Source: Escherichia phage T4
Direction: 5' to 3' (one strand)
DNA: 64,000 bases
Sequence record: NC_000866.4
Position 1 is the stretch's first letter. Each line of letters begins with the position of its first letter. The notes beneath the pieces were generated by a model, which was not told the origin of the DNA, did not search any database, and saw only the letters and a program-made list of their open reading frames with translations. Below are positions 20,066-29,389 of this stretch, in pieces. Made by a program: the position numbers and the translations under genes.

Positions 20066-20917
20066 TCAATCCAGATAGTCTGAAAATTTCATCATCATAT
20101 TGTTGAATAGAAATATCAGCTCTTCAATTTGCTTATTAAAATAATCAATTTGTTCAGAATGTTTTTCGTTACTACGAACTGGTACAGGTTTTGTAGGCAA
20201 TTTAGTTGAACTGGATTCATTCGGGCGATAAATTAAAATGCAATTTGAACCAATCGGGCATTTAGCACCAGATGAATATTCTAACGTTCCAGCTTCTTTT
20301 AAAACTTCAAAAGCTAAACAGAGATGATGCCCCATATTAACATAATCAGTAGAGCGAGCTCTGATGTAATAATCATCTCCACGAGTGCTAAATTTAAAGC
20401 ATTTAAGGTCTTCTGTATTATTAGTTTTAAAAATCATTTGTTTATCTAGACCTTTAGCCAATCGAGCACCTAATGCTAATAATCGTCGTTGATTTTCCCA
20501 CAAATCTGCGATCATTTGGTCAAATGATAATTTCGGCATTAGCCGACCATAAAGGTCATATCCTTTATTATAATTGCGAAGGATTTCACTCGCATTAATA
20601 CGAGACAACGCTCCAATTTTATTAAGGGCTTTCATAATACGATTAGATAAACTCATTCCAGACCCGTTTGTTCGCTGTAAATGTTTTTCTAATCCAAATC
20701 CAATATCAACTTTAAATTTATCTAAAATTTCAGCATGAACATCTCTGTCAATAACATTCAAATCCAAAGTTGGGTTAAATCTATGAAAAAATTTATCTGG
20801 CTCTCCACGACGTAAAACAGTCCATTCATTCATCATTTTTTTATTAACTAAAGATTTAATTACTGCGTTGACATTATTAATTACTACTGACATATTTTCC
20901 TCACTCAATTTTACCAA
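20066..20917 (-). CDS. hypothetical protein (nrdC.6-like)
   Basis: 283 aa ORF. Confidence 0.6.
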   Translation of the reverse strand: MVKLSEENMSVVINNVNAVIKSLVNKKMMNEWTVLRRGEPDKFFHRFNPTLDLNVIDRDVHAEILDKFKVDIGFGLEKHLQRTNGSGMSLSNRIMKALNKIGALSRINASEILRNYNKGYDLYGRLMPKLSFDQMIADLWENQRRLLALGARLAKGLDKQMIFKTNNTEDLKCFKFSTRGDDYYIRARSTDYVNMGHHLCLAFEVLKEAGTLEYSSGAKCPIGSNCILIYRPNESSSTKLPTKPVPVRSNEKHSEQIDYFNKQIEELIFLFNNMMMKFSDYLD

Positions 20918-21302
20918 TTACGCGGAATAAGATTGAACAGACTATATAAGTACCACATATAGATTGAACTAATGCCATTCCAAAGAACCAAACAATATTA
21001 TCAAACCATGTCTGTTTTACGTCGAAAGGACGTAAACTTACAGTAATATTATCACCTTTTTCTATTGAAGAATACGTCTCTGGGGAAATATATTCACTAA
21101 ATCTATAACCGTCTTTGAGTTCATATACAGCAATAAACGATAAACTAGACCCCTTTCCTTGAGTTCCTGTAAGGGTATTAACTACAGTAACATCATAATC
21201 TTTATAATGCATATAATCATTAATTGCGTAATAACCATATGCAATTACTATACATAAACAACATATCAATAAATTCAATCTTTTAATTATCAACTGTTTC
21301 AT
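20901..21302 (-). CDS. hypothetical membrane protein (nrdC.7-like)
   Basis: 133 aa with N- and C-terminal hydrophobic helices. Confidence 0.55.
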   Translation of the reverse strand: MKQLIIKRLNLLICCLCIVIAYGYYAINDYMHYKDYDVTVVNTLTGTQGKGSSLSFIAVYELKDGYRFSEYISPETYSSIEKGDNITVSLRPFDVKQTWFDNIVWFFGMALVQSICGTYIVCSILFRVIGKIE

Positions 21303-21357
21303 AATAATCTCAATTAAAAGGGCTTAGAACCATTATACCATCCTTGGTATAAAGCGG

Positions 21358-21885
21358 TTATGCGAGTACCGTATTTAACCGTTCTTCAAACTTCCGAAGA
21401 GTGTTCTGGCGTTCAGCTCTTTGCTTTTTGTAAGTTTCAATACGCTCTGAAATGAGAGTGTATCGTTCATTTACTGATTCTTTCATAAAATCAGGAATTT
21501 CTCGAGAAGCTTTAATCTCGTCAAATTTATCAATAACAGCTTGCTCTTCAGCAATTAAGTTATCATACATCAAAATATCTTTCTTGATGAACTCAATATC
21601 TTCTTGAGTTACACGAGATAATTTAGATGCTTTATCCTTTTTGTACTGTTCGTTAGTATCACGAGACCAGTGTAATGTACGATTTTTATTCGTATTCTTG
21701 TAAATTTCTACAATACCAATCTCATCGATAATAACGATCCAATTCCAACGGGATTTGTAAATTTGTCCTCCATTAACAGTGATTTCACCTCCGATTGAGA
21801 TGTCATTAAAGAACTTGCTTTGTGCTTCTGATTTAAATTTACCATCGTTGTAATTTACCAGGTTGAAAATATCTTTAGCGTTCAT
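21358..21885 (-). CDS. hypothetical protein (nrdC.8-like)
   Basis: Start trimmed to MNAKDIF preceded by GGAGG; ORF track extension covers promoter and 5-prime UTR. Confidence 0.55.
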   Translation of the reverse strand: MNAKDIFNLVNYNDGKFKSEAQSKFFNDISIGGEITVNGGQIYKSRWNWIVIIDEIGIVEIYKNTNKNRTLHWSRDTNEQYKKDKASKLSRVTQEDIEFIKKDILMYDNLIAEEQAVIDKFDEIKASREIPDFMKESVNERYTLISERIETYKKQRAERQNTLRKFEERLNTVLA

Positions 21886-21913
21886 TTTGTGTTCCTCCGT
21901 AGTTGATAGTTGT

Positions 21914-21943
21914 ATAGTACCACAGAGGAACGGTCTTGTAAAC
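21914..21943 (-). promoter_or_regulatory. T4-type early promoter with conserved downstream block
   Basis: Minus strand GTTTAC-18-TACTAT followed by acaactatcaactac and GGAGG. Confidence 0.65.
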
Positions 21944-21945
21944 AA

Positions 21946-22260
21946 CTAAAAGAAACTTCTTTCACAATTTTTTCCACTGAACCAAGCGCTCACTGCTTTC
22001 TTAGTTTCAGGAGCAGTGTTATCCATAAACCATTCAAAGGCAGCCTTTTTATGATTCTGGAGGGCTTCTCGGGCTTTAATCTGCTCACGGTCTATTAACA
22101 CTAACATATGAGCCTTTCTTGTCACCAGGGGCTTCTTATGATTTTTTGAATACTCCCAATCATTTGTCCATCGCATCGTTGTTGCGAATTGAAATACAGC
22201 TTCTTTAATCTTAGTTTCGTAAATTTCACGAGCCTTTGAGTATAACATCATTACCTCCAT
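21946..22260 (-). CDS. hypothetical protein (nrdC.9-like)
   Basis: 104 aa ORF. Confidence 0.5.
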   Translation of the reverse strand: MEVMMLYSKAREIYETKIKEAVFQFATTMRWTNDWEYSKNHKKPLVTRKAHMLVLIDREQIKAREALQNHKKAAFEWFMDNTAPETKKAVSAWFSGKNCERSFF

Positions 22261-22342
22261 TTACCAGTTTAATTCTAGTCATCTTTTTGATGGCAGTCCA
22301 TATAATCTATTTCTGAACTGCCTTTTTGTCTTAGAAGGCCTC

Positions 22343-23320
22343 TTATGAATTTATTTCAGAAGAGTAACCCGTAGCGATTTCTTCCCAACCGTTTTTGTCG
22401 GTCATAATAAAGTCAGCAAGATAAAGTGCAGTACGCAGTGAAACATTACGTAAACGGTTAACATTGACTTTCATCCATGATAATGCTTTATAAGTTTCTT
22501 CATCAGAAAGACCACGCTTTTGCATCATGTCGGTTGAAAGAATAACATCTTCAACCCTGACCATAATTTCTTCATTAGTGTGAACACCCAAATCCAAATA
22601 AACTGAGCGGGACACTAATGCTTGTAAATGTGGAGCAAGTTTAGTACCACGGTCTAATTCGCGGTCAATGTCAACGTTTGTGATAAAAACAATTGTTCCT
22701 TTAAATTCGAGCTCACGCTCAATGCCTTTTTCTTCTAAGTAAGAAGATGCAGTGCTCCAGCAGACTTTACGGGTCTCTCCAGTGTCCAGAGCAGCTTTCA
22801 GAAGATTAAGAATGTCCATATCAGAGAAAACATCCACATCATCAATCAAAAGGACAGAATTCTCTTCACGATTATTCCAAAGCTGTTCATAAAGACCGAT
22901 ACCAGAGATTTTACCGTTAATGCTTTTATACTCAATGTATCCAATATCATTTGCTTTATTCAAAGCTTTATCTAAAGAATATGTTTTACCAATACCCGCC
23001 GCACCAGAGATAATTAATGAACGAATATTTCCGTTAATAATACCATTCGTCATCATTCCCATAACATTAAATCTTTTATTAATGCGGGTTTTCATATCTT
23101 CATATGATTCTTTAACTTCTTCAACTTTTACACCATCATATGAAATGTCTGATTTGTAAACCCAAACACCGCGACGTTTACCGTCAATTTCAACAAAAAC
23201 TTTACCATCTCCTTGTGCATCTACCGGAGCATTATCAGGGAACCATTCACCTAAGAGCTCAAAAGTTCCAGAGATTTCTTTACCGAAGTACATACCCTTA
23301 TTGATAGTTACAGTTTTCAT
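22343..23320 (-). CDS. P-loop ATPase, AAA-like (nrdC.10-like)
   Basis: Walker A GAAGIGKT and Walker B VLLIDDVD; start trimmed to MKTVTINKG. Confidence 0.7.
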   Translation of the reverse strand: MKTVTINKGMYFGKEISGTFELLGEWFPDNAPVDAQGDGKVFVEIDGKRRGVWVYKSDISYDGVKVEEVKESYEDMKTRINKRFNVMGMMTNGIINGNIRSLIISGAAGIGKTYSLDKALNKANDIGYIEYKSINGKISGIGLYEQLWNNREENSVLLIDDVDVFSDMDILNLLKAALDTGETRKVCWSTASSYLEEKGIERELEFKGTIVFITNVDIDRELDRGTKLAPHLQALVSRSVYLDLGVHTNEEIMVRVEDVILSTDMMQKRGLSDEETYKALSWMKVNVNRLRNVSLRTALYLADFIMTDKNGWEEIATGYSSEINS

Positions 23321-23354
23321 TTTATTCTCCAAATCCGTATCAGTTGATAGTTGT

Positions 23355-23384
23355 ATAGTACCATAAAGCTTTATGCTTGTAAAC
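23355..23384 (-). promoter_or_regulatory. T4-type early promoter with conserved downstream block
   Basis: Minus strand GTTTAC-18-TACTAT; preceded by terminator and A/T-rich UP-like tract. Confidence 0.65.
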
Positions 23385-23406
23385 CGTTTTGTGAAAAAAT
23401 TTTGAA

Positions 23407-23432
23407 ATAAAAAAGGGAGCCCGAAGGCTCCC
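23407..23432 (-). terminator. rho-independent terminator after nrdC.11-like gene
   Basis: Minus-strand gggagccttcgggctccc hairpin followed by TTTTTT. Confidence 0.7.
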
Positions 23433-23434
23433 TA

Positions 23435-24445
23435 TCATTTATAATAACTTCGATGGTTTTCAAGATAAACCCTCTCAAGGAAGTCATCCCAGAAACTCAT
23501 GTCTACTTTTTGCTGCATACCGTTCTTAGAAGCTTCAGTAGATGCTGCTTCTACTTGATCGACCACATCTTCCAAAAACTCTTGAACGGTTTTAAATGGA
23601 TGCTTACCCAACTTCACGTCGAGAATAAATGGAGCATCTTGGAGTGGATAAACCAAGTCACCAGTTTTGTAAATTTCCAATAGTTGAAGTCCACCACGAC
23701 AAGCATGGCTCAGAGCTTTCCAGTCAATGCCTTCATTGGCTTCGGCCTTACGAGCACGTTCGCCGTATTCAGCATCTAATTTGTTCAGTGACTGCTTAAG
23801 CTCAATAAGAGAAAGCGTTGTCTGATATTTACGACCCAACACTGTGTAAAACGTTTGTGGGCCTGTTTTCTCATGATTATGGAACACCCATTCACAGAAT
23901 TCGTTTTCTGGAAGACGATGCTTAATATCTTCAACTTTAGTACGACGCTGCTTAATGGAACCATCTTCTTGGTAATCAACCCATTGCTCAGGGATTTGAT
24001 TAACTACTTTCAATACATCGCGTAATGCAGCCAAACGAGAACCCTTGACGCCGTATTTAGAAGCTTGCTTGCGGACATATCCTAAATATGATTTCATGTT
24101 AGTCGTATAAAAACGAGAACGGTTGTCTTGAATAAACTTCCAAACATCAGGCAAATCGGATTTAACCACTAGTTCAGGTGGAGTGTGAAGCATATCCAAT
24201 GCTACAGGTTCACCATCTGCTGCTAATTTAAAGAAATACTTAAGACTATACAATTCGTGGTCAATATTATCTTTAGTGTTTTTAGATGATGTGTTGTTGG
24301 TATTTTTACTCATGTGCTCTTTGACGTTTCCAATAAGAATATCGCGAGCAGGAGGAACAAAGATTTCTTTAAAATCTACATCAGATTCTGGAGTAGAAGT
24401 TCCATAAAGATGACTACCAAAATAAGACTTAACTACAGTTTTCAT
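23435..24445 (-). CDS. putative nucleotidyltransferase-fold protein (nrdC.11-like)
   Basis: N-terminal GS-x10-DVDF resembling the pol-beta type nucleotidyltransferase signature; start trimmed to MKTVVKSYFGS. Confidence 0.55.
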   Translation of the reverse strand: MKTVVKSYFGSHLYGTSTPESDVDFKEIFVPPARDILIGNVKEHMSKNTNNTSSKNTKDNIDHELYSLKYFFKLAADGEPVALDMLHTPPELVVKSDLPDVWKFIQDNRSRFYTTNMKSYLGYVRKQASKYGVKGSRLAALRDVLKVVNQIPEQWVDYQEDGSIKQRRTKVEDIKHRLPENEFCEWVFHNHEKTGPQTFYTVLGRKYQTTLSLIELKQSLNKLDAEYGERARKAEANEGIDWKALSHACRGGLQLLEIYKTGDLVYPLQDAPFILDVKLGKHPFKTVQEFLEDVVDQVEAASTEASKNGMQQKVDMSFWDDFLERVYLENHRSYYK

Positions 24446-25208
24446 TATTAGACCTTTCATAATCTTCATTAAATTGTACAATCAATCGATGATAATTAGA
24501 TTTTGGATATCCTAATTTACTTATATAAGTTCCGAATGACCCACGTTTAGGTCTATTTAATTTAATCCATAACTTATAAAGTAAGTCATAGTCTTGCCAA
24601 TGTTTACCAGTTCTTTGTCTAATTTTAGATGAATTTGATTGTTTCTTTTTAGCTTCAAAATTATTCAAAGATTTTTTGACTGCAGCAGAGTGTTTTTCTT
24701 TAACTCCCGGTCGTTTAAAAGCAGCTTTCACCCCTTTAGATATTTTTTCTTTAACTTCCGGTTTGTTTTGTGCTTCTAACTGGGATTCTGAAATTTTAGC
24801 CCTTATTTCAGGAAGACTTAATGTTATCGAACGTTTTTCTCTGTATTCATTAGACTTCCACATTTCTTTCATTGTATTAGAATGTATTTTTGAAAATTTT
24901 TCTCTAACTAACTGATATCCTCTTGAAGTTAATTTGAGATTTCTTCCTAAAGAATCTTCTCCAAAATTATAAAATGACCACCATGCATAAATTAATCCAG
25001 GCGAATTGTAATGAATTTTAGCTAAAAGCCAATGGGCTATAAAATGCTCTCTAGCTGTTAATAAAACTAGATTATCAGAATCATCATTACCACCAATACA
25101 AGATGGAATAATATGATGCTTTTCCGTATAAAAATTTAATTTAGATTTATCTAATTTTCTGAGTTTTCCTTTCTTAATTAAATTATTATATACTTTAGTA
25201 TAATTCAT
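24429..25208 (-). CDS. mobD: HNH homing endonuclease (MobD-like)
   Basis: 259 aa; HNH motif HHIIPSCIGGNDDSDNLVLLTAREHFIAH. Confidence 0.8.
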   Translation of the reverse strand: MNYTKVYNNLIKKGKLRKLDKSKLNFYTEKHHIIPSCIGGNDDSDNLVLLTAREHFIAHWLLAKIHYNSPGLIYAWWSFYNFGEDSLGRNLKLTSRGYQLVREKFSKIHSNTMKEMWKSNEYREKRSITLSLPEIRAKISESQLEAQNKPEVKEKISKGVKAAFKRPGVKEKHSAAVKKSLNNFEAKKKQSNSSKIRQRTGKHWQDYDLLYKLWIKLNRPKRGSFGTYISKLGYPKSNYHRLIVQFNEDYERSNNENCS

Positions 25209-25282
25209 TGGTTCTTCGTCTCATTTAATTTTGCTTTGCATTTATAACACATGTCTGTTCCACTTGAAATAAACATATTTCC

Positions 25283-25828
25283 TCACTTTGAAATCATAGT
25301 TGGAATAACAGAATCAAGATAAGTCTTTAGTGCAATAGCTTCCTCTTTCTTTAATGTAATGATATGTGATCGAAAATCATCAATTTGACGAATAGATACT
25401 ACATCTCCCTCTTCATAGCATTTTGAAACATTTAAAATAGTTTCATCATTCTGATTACAGGAGTTAGTAATAATAGCATTACATTTTTTAAACCATTTTA
25501 AATTATGTTTTCTTTTAGTAGAATCATAAAAATATTTAATGTTAGTTATAAAATTATCCCAATTATTAATTGATAAGCACATTGACTCGCTTTTAATATT
25601 AAATCCTGGGCATGAAGAATAAAAATGAATTTTATGCTCATCATTAATGCTTACAATTTTATCAGTGTAAGCATATTCAATTTGGGTTAAACGAACAATT
25701 TCGCTAGGCGTAAAATATAACATGTCATCTTCTTGCGTCAAACGATACATGTTATTTACTTTTTCTATAGCCAATTCACCAAAAAGTGGACTAACTTCTA
25801 ATACTAGTCGTTTCGCCTCGCTCATCAT
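25283..25828 (-). CDS. hypothetical protein (mobD.1-like)
   Basis: 181 aa ORF downstream of early promoter 25961-25990. Confidence 0.55.
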   Translation of the reverse strand: MMSEAKRLVLEVSPLFGELAIEKVNNMYRLTQEDDMLYFTPSEIVRLTQIEYAYTDKIVSINDEHKIHFYSSCPGFNIKSESMCLSINNWDNFITNIKYFYDSTKRKHNLKWFKKCNAIITNSCNQNDETILNVSKCYEEGDVVSIRQIDDFRSHIITLKKEEAIALKTYLDSVIPTMISK

Positions 25829-25960
25829 TACATACTCCTCTGAATCATATTAATAATGTTATTCACCAGATTATAAGTAAACATTGGGTAATTATATTGA
25901 ATCATCACATATATAACAAACAAAACTTTCATTCTCTTCTCCTTGGCAGTTGACAAGATT

Positions 25961-25990
25961 ACTATACCATAATCTTGTCAACTTGTAAAC
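25961..25990 (-). promoter_or_regulatory. T4-type early promoter inside 12-bp inverted repeat
   Basis: Minus strand GTTTAC-18-TATAGT; dyad ttgacaagatta/taatcttgtcaa at 25950-25981. Confidence 0.55.
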
Positions 25991-26154
25991 CATTAAATGA
26001 CGTTTTCGATAAAATTTTGAAGCTTTGTATGAGCATCAACCATGATTTTCATTTCTTCCTTGGAAAAGCTGTGCCTCTTTCCCGAGAAGAACATTCATAG
26101 TCAGAAACTGCATTAGCATATTCTTCAATTAGCTTCATTAAAAACATCTGTTTT

Positions 26155-26349
26155 TCAGTTTTCATTATTCCACCTAATCATTTCAAGATATTGAACTAAC
26201 TTAGCTTTGGATTTATCCAAATCCCTTTTAGCTGCTTCTATACCGTCGTATGAATATCCTTCACAATGCTCAACTGCTAATTGATATGAATCTATTTCAA
26301 TATCATGCGCTAATTTAATGATTTTTTCAAACTGTTCGCGTGTTAGCAT
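26155..26349 (-). CDS. hypothetical small protein
   Basis: 64 aa ORF. Confidence 0.45.
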   Translation of the reverse strand: MLTREQFEKIIKLAHDIEIDSYQLAVEHCEGYSYDGIEAAKRDLDKSKAKLVQYLEMIRWNNEN

Positions 26350-26351
26350 AC

Positions 26352-26570
26352 TTAAACTCTCGTATTATGATCGATAATTTCATCAAGAAACATATCTAAC
26401 GCTTCTACAGCATTATTAACTTTAGCTTCAAATTCTTCAATACCTGATAAGGCAAAGTTAATGCGTTCCTCATCTGCTTTACGAATTAAAGCTACCAATT
26501 CCTTAATTTTATCCGCTTGTTCGATACTAATCATTATTCCACCACATATGAAAGAGAGAATATTGCACAC
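26352..26570 (-). CDS. hypothetical small protein
   Basis: 72 aa ORF. Confidence 0.45.
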
Positions 26571-26722
26571 GCCATGTGAGTTGCAACTTCATCACACATA
26601 TTATAACGTTTCTTAAGAAGTTCTACAAGTTCTTCACTAGTAACTTCATCCATGTCGACGAAAAAATCACCATTAATGATGACGTAGATATTTCCTTCTT
26701 GATTGAGTGCTTCAATTTTCAT
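26534..26722 (-). CDS. hypothetical small protein
   Basis: Start trimmed to [11 protein letters not shown] downstream of early promoter 26751-26780. Confidence 0.45.
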
Positions 26723-26750
26723 GATGTTCTCCTCTTTATCCGATGGTTGT

Positions 26751-26780
26751 ATAGTACCACAGCTCAAACGGAAAGTAAAC
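26751..26780 (-). promoter_or_regulatory. T4-type early promoter
   Basis: Minus strand GTTTAC-18-TACTAT immediately after terminator 26791-26814. Confidence 0.65.
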
Positions 26781-26790
26781 CGGTAAAATG

Positions 26791-26814
26791 AAAAAAAGTC
26801 TCCCGAAGGAGACT
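26791..26814 (-). terminator. rho-independent terminator after rI.-1-like gene
   Basis: Minus-strand agtctccttcgggagact hairpin followed by TTTTTTT. Confidence 0.7.
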
Positions 26815-26818
26815 AATG

Positions 26819-27205
26819 TTATTCGAGGGAAAGAAGATACTTACTCTGGTAAAACATTCCAGTAATATCATCTATCGTGCTTTGGATGGCTGGAGGCATT
26901 TCTTTATAAATGCTGTTAGATTGGTCTAGTATGCGATCAATCATTTTAATTGTGTCGGTAGGAAGTTTACTGGCATCTGGAATTGAAGGCGTGTATTTTC
27001 GACCAGAATACCCCAAATATTGCTCACCAAATTTATCAATCAAATCTGGCAACTCGGAAAAAATAAAATCGTATGCTTTGTGTCTAGCATAACTTTTAGT
27101 TTCAAAATGTGCAGAATGAAAATAAGCTTGTGCAGCCATTAATAAACCTAAGTATTCATCTGCCTTTGAAGGTTTTCCACTTTGTGAAAAGTCGCTGAAT
27201 TTCAT
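26819..27205 (-). CDS. hypothetical protein (rI.-1-like)
   Basis: 128 aa ORF immediately downstream of rI. Confidence 0.55.
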   Translation of the reverse strand: MKFSDFSQSGKPSKADEYLGLLMAAQAYFHSAHFETKSYARHKAYDFIFSELPDLIDKFGEQYLGYSGRKYTPSIPDASKLPTDTIKMIDRILDQSNSIYKEMPPAIQSTIDDITGMFYQSKYLLSLE

Positions 27206-27495
27206 TCAGTCTCCAATTTAATGTTCATAATTCTAGCGTATGATTGTGCCATCTCCGCGCCTCGCTCTATACATTCAAAATCAGAAGAGCACGGGTCATT
27301 TTTATAGGTCGTTCTCATAAAACTATAGAATTGTTCAGACGATTCTACGCTTTTATTTTCAAAAAGCATATAAACGTGCCTAATACCAGATTCCATAAAT
27401 TTATCAAAATGAGGATCGACATTCGCTTCAATCGATGGAGATAAAACAAATGACAATCCTAGCATGGCAAAAAGTGCTGTTGCTTTTAAGGCCAT
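27202..27495 (-). CDS. rI: lysis inhibition regulator rI
   Basis: 97 aa with N-terminal signal/anchor MALKATALFAMLGLSFVLSPSIEA; matches T4 RI. Confidence 0.85.
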   Translation of the reverse strand: MALKATALFAMLGLSFVLSPSIEANVDPHFDKFMESGIRHVYMLFENKSVESSEQFYSFMRTTYKNDPCSSDFECIERGAEMAQSYARIMNIKLETE

Positions 27496-27507
27496 AAAGG
27501 CCTCCTA

Positions 27508-27720
27508 TCATTTTTGTCCTGTATTTACTTTGTGCCGATGCACGGCCTTAACTTTATCAAGGTATTTTTCAAAATTTCGCAATCTAGTATAGTCTGCCGG
27601 AGATTGGTTGAGTGATACTTCTCGACGCAAAGCTGAAATGATATTTCCAACTTCCCTACGAATTTCATCTAATTGAAGAACAGTAAGATTGCGAAGTTGC
27701 TTTTCAGTTAATTGTAGCAT
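27508..27720 (-). CDS. hypothetical protein (rI.1-like)
   Basis: 70 aa ORF. Confidence 0.5.
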
Positions 27721-27762
27721 ATATACCCCTTTAGTTAGATAAACCTATTTATAACTTTTGCA

Positions 27763-28344
27763 CTAACCGAGCTTTTTAGTTAATTCATTCCAATGTTTTC
27801 TACACAAAGAAACATAAATTTCATCACCAATACAAATTTGATTACCTTCTTTAACTGGTGTTCCATCTTCCATTAATCGAGCTGTCATAATCGCTTTTTT
27901 ACCACAATGACAAACTGCTTTTAGTTCAATAAGTTTATCTGCAATCGCTAAAAGTTCTTTAGAACCTTCAAATAATTTTCCAGCGAAATCAGTCCTTAGC
28001 CCATAAGCCATAACAGGAACATTATATGTATCAACAATTCGGCTCAATTGATGCACCTGTTCAGTTTTTAAAAACTGAGCTTCATCTACAAATACGCAAT
28101 GAATATCTTTTTGTGCTTCAGCCCATTTATAGAACTCGAAAATATCCATATCATCTGTAATAATATTCGCTTCCTGCTTAATTCCAATGCGAGAAACGAC
28201 TTCACAGACAGAATCGCGAGTATCAATAGCAGGCTTAAGAACTAATACACTCATTCCACGTTCTTTATAATTATGTGCAGCAATCAAAAGAGAAGCAGAT
28301 TTTCCAGCATTCATTGCTGCATAAGTAAAAATTAAACTCGCCAT
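27763..28344 (-). CDS. tk: thymidine kinase
   Basis: 193 aa; P-loop AAMNAGKSASLL; Zn-binding Cys pairs near C-terminus. Confidence 0.95.
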   Translation of the reverse strand: MASLIFTYAAMNAGKSASLLIAAHNYKERGMSVLVLKPAIDTRDSVCEVVSRIGIKQEANIITDDMDIFEFYKWAEAQKDIHCVFVDEAQFLKTEQVHQLSRIVDTYNVPVMAYGLRTDFAGKLFEGSKELLAIADKLIELKAVCHCGKKAIMTARLMEDGTPVKEGNQICIGDEIYVSLCRKHWNELTKKLG

Positions 28345-28345
28345 C

Positions 28346-28534
28346 TTAGTCCTTAGTTAAATTTTCTAAATATGTTTCTAAATCATTTTCAGCTTTATCG
28401 ATAGATTTTACTAATTCGTAATATGTTTCGGCATCTCCATATTCAGAAGATATTTCAAAAGACAAATCCTTTTCTAAACTAATAATTTCACCAACTAAAA
28501 ATAATATTTCGTTCTTTTGTTCGCGAGTAATCAT
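28346..28534 (-). CDS. hypothetical small acidic protein (tk.1-like)
   Basis: 62 aa ORF. Confidence 0.45.
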   Translation of the reverse strand: MITREQKNEILFLVGEIISLEKDLSFEISSEYGDAETYYELVKSIDKAENDLETYLENLTKD

Positions 28535-28722
28535 AAGGAATTTATATAATCAATGAGTTCTTGTTCTTTATTATCGAATTCTTTAGAAAGTTCTTCGTAC
28601 TCGTTTGCGCTAAAAGGACCGCATTCATTACAAACTTTTTCCAATTCACTATTTTTATCCATAACTTCGTGGATAAGAGAAAAGAGTGTGTCTTTTTGTT
28701 CTTTGCTTAAACTCATAACCAT
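28531..28722 (-). CDS. hypothetical small acidic protein (tk.2-like)
   Basis: 63 aa ORF; similar composition to tk.1, possible tandem paralogs. Confidence 0.45.
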   Translation of the reverse strand: MVMSLSKEQKDTLFSLIHEVMDKNSELEKVCNECGPFSANEYEELSKEFDNKEQELIDYINSL

Positions 28723-28940
28723 GTCACCTTTAAGCAGTATTCTTCTACATGCTGTTTACGACCTTTCTTATCAATAAAGGTATATTCAACGAATGTTCCA
28801 ATGTAGTCTTTATCTACATCATGTGGACTATTAATTGGACATTTAGTGCGACAAATGCGTTCCCATTGACGAATAATTACTGCCTTATTCTTTGGGTCAT
28901 ATGGATGTGGATAATGTATATTCATAATAATGGTTCCCAA
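28713..28940 (-). CDS. hypothetical protein (tk.3-like)
   Basis: 75 aa ORF. Confidence 0.5.
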   Translation of the reverse strand: MGTIIMNIHYPHPYDPKNKAVIIRQWERICRTKCPINSPHDVDKDYIGTFVEYTFIDKKGRKQHVEEYCLKVTWL

Positions 28941-29389
28941 TCAACAATCACAATTTCTAATTTAGAGGAATATGTATCTAAAATCCCCTCAATAATATCC
29001 CAGTTCCCTTTACCTATGCCTGCACCAATCCTAGGCATATAGATTGTAGGTTTAATCAGTTTATTTTCACCAAACTCATTTAATTCTAACATACAATTCA
29101 TTAAAGCGGAATACTCAAAATTTGGCCCTGGTTGAAATTGAGTATAAAGATTGAAGCAGTAAGCTTTATGAGTCCTAAAGTATTTTTCATAGACTGAGTA
29201 AGAACCGAGTTTAGTTACATCACCCCATTCAGTCTGTAATTTATCAGCTTCCAAAATTTTAGGGAAAGCTTTGGTTAATTGACCCGCTACGCCTGAACCC
29301 ATAGTATGAAAACAATTACATCCATGTGCAATATTTTTACCTTCAGCGAAAAGGGCGACAATATCGCCCTTGATATATTTTACAATCAT
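28922..29389 (-). CDS. macro-domain protein (tk.4-like)
   Basis: 155 aa; macro-domain-like motifs NIAHGCNCFHTMGSGVAGQL and PRIGAGIGKGNW. Confidence 0.7.
   Translation of the reverse strand: MIVKYIKGDIVALFAEGKNIAHGCNCFHTMGSGVAGQLTKAFPKILEADKLQTEWGDVTKLGSYSVYEKYFRTHKAYCFNLYTQFQPGPNFEYSALMNCMLELNEFGENKLIKPTIYMPRIGAGIGKGNWDIIEGILDTYSSKLEIVIVDWEPLL

Noticed and set aside
22281-22320. Imperfect hairpin followed by a T-run on the plus strand
   Set aside because: Would terminate plus-strand transcription, but no plus-strand genes exist in this region; it also overlaps an A/T-rich promoter-like stretch, so the function is ambiguous.
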